From a virus, in the IMG/VR virus record IMGVR_UViG_3300032116_000108, positions 16,133-80,132 of that record: DNA of 64,000 nucleotides; one strand, 5' to 3'. Below the pieces are notes generated by a model. That model saw nothing but the letters and a program-made list of their open reading frames with translations. It did no database searches and was not told where the DNA came from. Position 1 is the stretch's first letter. Each line of letters opens with the position of its first letter. Shown here one piece after another: positions 60,115 through 64,000 of this stretch. A program made the position numbers and the translations under genes.

Positions 60115-60858
60115 ATGAAAACATATAAATATTCAACAAAGGAAAGAGCTGAAAGGGTTGCAAAATCTTTAGGGTGTACCGGATCCCATTATCATAATGA
60201 AGATGGTGATAGAAAATACATGCCTTGTAAAGATATGAAAACCTTTAACCAAAAAACAAAAAAAGAAGTGGAAGGAAAAGAAACTGAAGTTACTGAATTA
60301 GTTGGTGATGACGGTACGTGGTTAACATCCGACATTCCAATATTAGACCCACAGTCATCAATTGATGGTTCCGTATTTACCGATAAGATAGTTCCTATGA
60401 GTAGAAACCCAAGAGACCCATTACTTAGAGGTTGGTATGGTTACTATGGTGAGGGTAAACTTGCAGAAGAAGATATGGAAGGAGCGTTTGGTTTTGAAGA
60501 TACTATGTTTATGGATTTTAAAGATACGGTTAAACATTATGAAAAAAAATTAGGTTTAGACAAAGAAGATGCGGTTGATAGGGCGGTACAACAAGGAAAA
60601 AAACCTAATCTACACAAAAGGGTACCAAAAAATATAAAAAAGAAAAAAAATTTTATAGACAGGTTGATATTGAAAGAGCTTGATGATGAAATAACGGAAG
60701 ACACTTTATTTAAAAAAAATTCATCAAATAATGAAATATCAACTAAGGATAAAAAAACTAATCCAATTTTATTAAGAAACATAAATGCATTAAAAAATAT
60801 GGCAGACAAATTAGGTGTTTCAAAAATGGAACTTATAAGATTGTTAAAAGATGAATAA
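60115..60858 (+). CDS. Hypothetical protein with N-terminal DUF3721-like Cys/His motif
   Basis: YSTKERAERVAKSLGCTGSHYH...YMPC. Confidence 0.6.
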   Translation: MKTYKYSTKERAERVAKSLGCTGSHYHNEDGDRKYMPCKDMKTFNQKTKKEVEGKETEVTELVGDDGTWLTSDIPILDPQSSIDGSVFTDKIVPMSRNPRDPLLRGWYGYYGEGKLAEEDMEGAFGFEDTMFMDFKDTVKHYEKKLGLDKEDAVDRAVQQGKKPNLHKRVPKNIKKKKNFIDRLILKELDDEITEDTLFKKNSSNNEISTKDKKTNPILLRNINALKNMADKLGVSKMELIRLLKDE

Positions 60859-61300
60859 AAAATTATACGGAAATATTATAATATTACCTAAAACTTTATT
60901 GAAACATCTTGATGATTGTTTTAATTCAGTTCAAGGTGATAATAATACTGAAGGATTTAAAAGAAACCAAAACCTTAGACAGTCTAAACAAATAACATAT
61001 CAAGATTTAAAAAGGGTTAAAAATTGGTTTGATGCGTATAGTGGAAAAAAAGAAGACGCCCCTTTTATTTTGAATGGTGGTGATAGAATGCAAAATTGGG
61101 TAAATCACGCACTACAACAAATGAGAGGTAGTGTTAACAATTCAAAAAAAATAAAATCAGATGGTGGGATGCAAAATCAGTATTTATCTTCACATGAGAA
61201 AAATAGTTTTAATTTAAATGATAAGCACACAACAACCGCAGATGATTTAAAATTGGAGAATGAAATAATAAGAATAAACAGTTTAATAAAAGTAATTTAA
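60851..61300 (+). CDS. Hypothetical phage protein
   Basis: 149 aa, overlaps the upstream gene; EGFKRNQNL...LKRVKNWF...LNGGDRMQNWV. Confidence 0.6.
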   Translation: MNKKLYGNIIILPKTLLKHLDDCFNSVQGDNNTEGFKRNQNLRQSKQITYQDLKRVKNWFDAYSGKKEDAPFILNGGDRMQNWVNHALQQMRGSVNNSKKIKSDGGMQNQYLSSHEKNSFNLNDKHTTTADDLKLENEIIRINSLIKVI

Positions 61301-61301
61301 A

Positions 61302-61595
61302 ATGGCAGTACAAAGTGATAAAATTGATCTTTCACAACCCGAAAATGAAATGTCAAGAATAGCGGAAGAACAAAGAAAAAGACTATTCCCAAGAAATGAT
61401 TTTAAACCAACCGATCAATATTCGGCAGTACATCCTGACGCAATTGCTGATGGTGACGTAAATGGTAAAGGTACGGGAGGTGATTTAGATATTTATAACC
61501 AAAGGGCCGGATCAAGTGTAGATAGGGCTGAAAGAATTGATGATATAAAAATAAACAAATTTTCACCTAACAACCCATATTATCAAGTTAGATGA
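61302..61595 (+). CDS. Hypothetical protein
   Basis: 97 aa; YSAVHPDAIADGD..GKGTG. Confidence 0.6.
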   Translation: MAVQSDKIDLSQPENEMSRIAEEQRKRLFPRNDFKPTDQYSAVHPDAIADGDVNGKGTGGDLDIYNQRAGSSVDRAERIDDIKINKFSPNNPYYQVR

Positions 61596-61993
61596 AACTA
61601 ATTAAAACTTTAAAACACGTCATCAACGAAGCGGCATCAATAGACGATGTTAGAAATTCCATACGCAATAAAAAAGTCATGATTATATATTATGATGGTG
61701 AAGACAATGGTGGTAAAGGGTATCGAACAATAGAACCGGTATGTTTAGGTGTAAGTAAAAGGGGTAATTTTGTTTTAAGAGCGTGGGAAGTTGAGGGTTC
61801 TTCTTGGAGTGCACAAAATGAAGGTAACATTTTACCCGGATGGAGACTTTTTAGATTAGATAAAATCTTTACATATAGACCAACTATGGATAATTTTTAT
61901 ACTATGAGACCTAAGTATAACCCTAATGGTGATAAAAGTATGGAAAGGGTCTTTATAAACGCAAAATTCGACAATGAAGAAAATATAACTTAA
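61592..61993 (+). CDS. Stand-alone WYL-domain protein
   Basis: IRNKKVMIIYY...RTIEPVCLG...LRAW...WRLFRLDKI. Confidence 0.85.
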   Translation: MKLIKTLKHVINEAASIDDVRNSIRNKKVMIIYYDGEDNGGKGYRTIEPVCLGVSKRGNFVLRAWEVEGSSWSAQNEGNILPGWRLFRLDKIFTYRPTMDNFYTMRPKYNPNGDKSMERVFINAKFDNEENIT

Positions 61994-61995
61994 TT

Positions 61996-62610
61996 ATGGC
62001 AAATGAAATGGATTTAATGCAAAGACTTGCAGTATCAAGAAAAATAATGGAAAAAACCGAACAAATTAAAAGAGGTGATGTAATAAACGTAAACCCATCT
62101 GTTCAAAATTTTGAACCGGTAAATGGCACATATAACTTACCAGAAGAATTATTGGCCGAAAACGCACAGACAACTTATCACGACCCAACAAGACCTTTAG
62201 AACAAGATAGAATTATGAACTCAAAATTACCCGATGAAATAAAAAGACTAATGATTGAACAACCAATTGTTCAACCAAACAGCACCGCAGGAGCGACTTT
62301 ATCAAACGAAGTCATTGAAGGCGCACAAAGATTAATGAAAAAAGAGGGGTTTACTGAACAAAAACAAATTCCAAAAAAACAAGAAACAAATAAAATTAAC
62401 GAACAAACGTCAAACACTAATTTATCTGAGATGAGAAATATGATTAGAGATGTTGTGAGAGACACAGTTAGAGATGTGGTTAGAGAAGAATTAAAAGATG
62501 CGGGTATGTTAGTTGAGTCAACCATTAACACAAATGAAACAATACAATTTAAAGTTGGTAACACTCTTTTTGTAGGTAAAGTAACAAAGATAAAAAATTT
62601 AGAAAAATAA
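61996..62610 (+). CDS. Hypothetical protein
   Basis: 204 aa; NSKLPDEIKRLMIEQP, IRDVVRDTVRDVVREEL. Confidence 0.6.
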   Translation: MANEMDLMQRLAVSRKIMEKTEQIKRGDVINVNPSVQNFEPVNGTYNLPEELLAENAQTTYHDPTRPLEQDRIMNSKLPDEIKRLMIEQPIVQPNSTAGATLSNEVIEGAQRLMKKEGFTEQKQIPKKQETNKINEQTSNTNLSEMRNMIRDVVRDTVRDVVREELKDAGMLVESTINTNETIQFKVGNTLFVGKVTKIKNLEK

Positions 62611-62627
62611 GTTTCGTATCATCTGTT

Positions 62628-62655
62628 AAATCCACCTCACAAGGGTGGATTTTTT
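62628..62655 (+). terminator. Intrinsic terminator closing the five-gene WYL operon
   Basis: AAATCCACC-TCACAAG-GGTGGATTTTTT. Confidence 0.85.
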
Positions 62656-62694
62656 GTTTTATAATCTTTATATTTTACTTAAATAAATTTTTAT

Positions 62695-63906
62695 ATGAGT
62701 AAAATTAAAGTATTAGTACTTCCTTCAGACCGTACCGGCGTTGGAAAATTTCGTTCTGTGGACCCTCACGTAATGTTACAAAATAATCACGGAGACGATT
62801 TTCACGTAGATATAGACTACGACCCAAAAATAAACGATATAAATTATTGGAGACAATACGATATTGTCCATTTTCATAGAAGCATTGGTCAGAACTATGA
62901 TGCGGCCCCTTCAATAATTCAAAACCTTAATAATTTAGGAATCGTAACTATTATGGATTTAGATGATTATTGGTTACCAACAAAAGAACATCCGGTACAT
63001 CAATTAGTTGTTCAAAACAAATTACATGAAAAAATAATGGCAAATTTAAAAGTTTCTAAATATGTAACAACAACCACAAATATTTTTGCTAATGAAATTT
63101 CAAAACTTAATAAAAATGTTTTTGTTTTACCAAACGCAATAAACCCTAACGAACCTCAGTTTCAATCAGAAACATTACAATCAGAAAAGTTAAGGTTTGG
63201 TTGGTTAGGTGGGTCTTCACATTTACATGATCTTAAATTATTAGATGGGACAATAAATAAATTAAAACCATTAAAAGATAAATTTAGTATGTATCTTTGT
63301 GGTTTTGATACCAGAGGAAGTGTTACAGAAATTAATAAACAAACGGGAGAACAAAAACAAAGACCTATTAGACCTGAAGAAACTGTTTGGGCAAGATATG
63401 AAGAAATTTTTACAGATAACTACAGAATGGTAGATCCCGAACATAAAGATTTTTTAATGAAATTTAAAGAAGAAGAATTTGTTTCAAACGAACTACCTTT
63501 TTATAATAGAATATGGACAAAACCTGTAACCACTTATGCGTCTAATTACAGATGGTTTGACGTTTCACTTGCACCAATTAAAAATCATATATTCAATAGA
63601 GTTAAATCACAATTAAAAGTCATTGAAGCGGGGTTCTATAAGAAAGCGATTATTGCATCAAATGTTGGTCCGTACACAATTGACTTGAAACATTCATTAC
63701 AAAATGGTAACTTTGTTGATGGAAACGCACTTTTAGTCGATGAAGTGAGAAATGGTGATTGGTCTAAATATATGAAAAAATTAATTGATAACCCTAATTG
63801 GGCTTATGATTTAGGTCAAAGATTATATGAAACAGTTAAAGACACATATGACTTAAATAAGGTAACAAAAGATAGAGCGGAATTATATAAAACATTAGTA
63901 AAATGA
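62695..63906 (+). CDS. GT-B fold glycosyltransferase (GT4-like)
   Basis: MDLDDYW, VLPNAIN, FGWLGGSSH, DVSLAPI....FNRVKSQLKVIEAG, IIASNVGPY. Confidence 0.85.
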   Translation: MSKIKVLVLPSDRTGVGKFRSVDPHVMLQNNHGDDFHVDIDYDPKINDINYWRQYDIVHFHRSIGQNYDAAPSIIQNLNNLGIVTIMDLDDYWLPTKEHPVHQLVVQNKLHEKIMANLKVSKYVTTTTNIFANEISKLNKNVFVLPNAINPNEPQFQSETLQSEKLRFGWLGGSSHLHDLKLLDGTINKLKPLKDKFSMYLCGFDTRGSVTEINKQTGEQKQRPIRPEETVWARYEEIFTDNYRMVDPEHKDFLMKFKEEEFVSNELPFYNRIWTKPVTTYASNYRWFDVSLAPIKNHIFNRVKSQLKVIEAGFYKKAIIASNVGPYTIDLKHSLQNGNFVDGNALLVDEVRNGDWSKYMKKLIDNPNWAYDLGQRLYETVKDTYDLNKVTKDRAELYKTLVK

Positions 63907-64000
63907 TAAACATACCCATTACAAAAATATTATTCTTGGATATTGAAACTGTCGGTATCTGTAAAGATTGGTCGACATGTCAAGAAACTAACCCAAAGGT
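63903..64000 (+). CDS. Partial 3'-5' exonuclease (PolB-exo-like/DEDD)
   Basis: ATGA overlap; MINIPITKILFLDIETVG carries an ExoI motif; runs off the window. Confidence 0.6.
   Translation, partial: MINIPITKILFLDIETVGICKDWSTCQETNPK

Noticed and set aside
1-64000. Stop-codon reassignment as in some large phages
   Set aside because: Long genes are intact in the standard code, and TAG and TGA end genes normally (e.g. 17077, 42597, 53029, 50818).
1-64000. CRISPR array, tRNA genes, IS elements
   Set aside because: Intergenic gaps are short and show no repeat-spacer pattern, cloverleaf or transposase by eye; tRNAscan-SE was not run.

Overview
A 64-kb, very AT-rich, densely coding segment of a large (jumbo-type) myovirus genome in the standard genetic code. 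The host is most likely a Bacteroidota bacterium, inferred from SD-less A-rich starts and from SprB-like, Delta-60 and DUF5522 domains. The window holds most of a T4-like contractile-tail module: sheath, tube, gp26-like chaperone, tape measure, tube initiator, gpX/LysM-like protein, giant hub, gp25, gp6/J-like and gpI-like wedges, neck gp13/gp14/gp15-like proteins, and fibre/adhesin proteins. This module is interleaved with replication genes: gp32-like SSB, RecA, 5'-3' exonuclease, DnaB, class II RNR, SNF2 helicase and family B polymerase. Accessory genes include an Fe/Mn SOD, a HAD phosphatase, a stand-alone WYL protein and a GT-B glycosyltransferase. I saw no tRNA, CRISPR array, intein or mobile element. 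Best leads: (1) a candidate +1 ribosomal frameshift at UUU_UUU_CGG in the tail-chaperone slot; (2) an [S/T]-[G/A]-x-T motif scattered over exposed virion proteins, a possible glycosylation sequon for the phage glycosyltransferase; (3) a strand-specific TATTTAT motif before 18 gene starts, a candidate late promoter; (4) SOD, WYL, HAD and OmpA-like proteins sharing L/I-x-E leaders, suggesting capsid-packaged cargo. All product calls come from motif recognition by eye; no database search was run.
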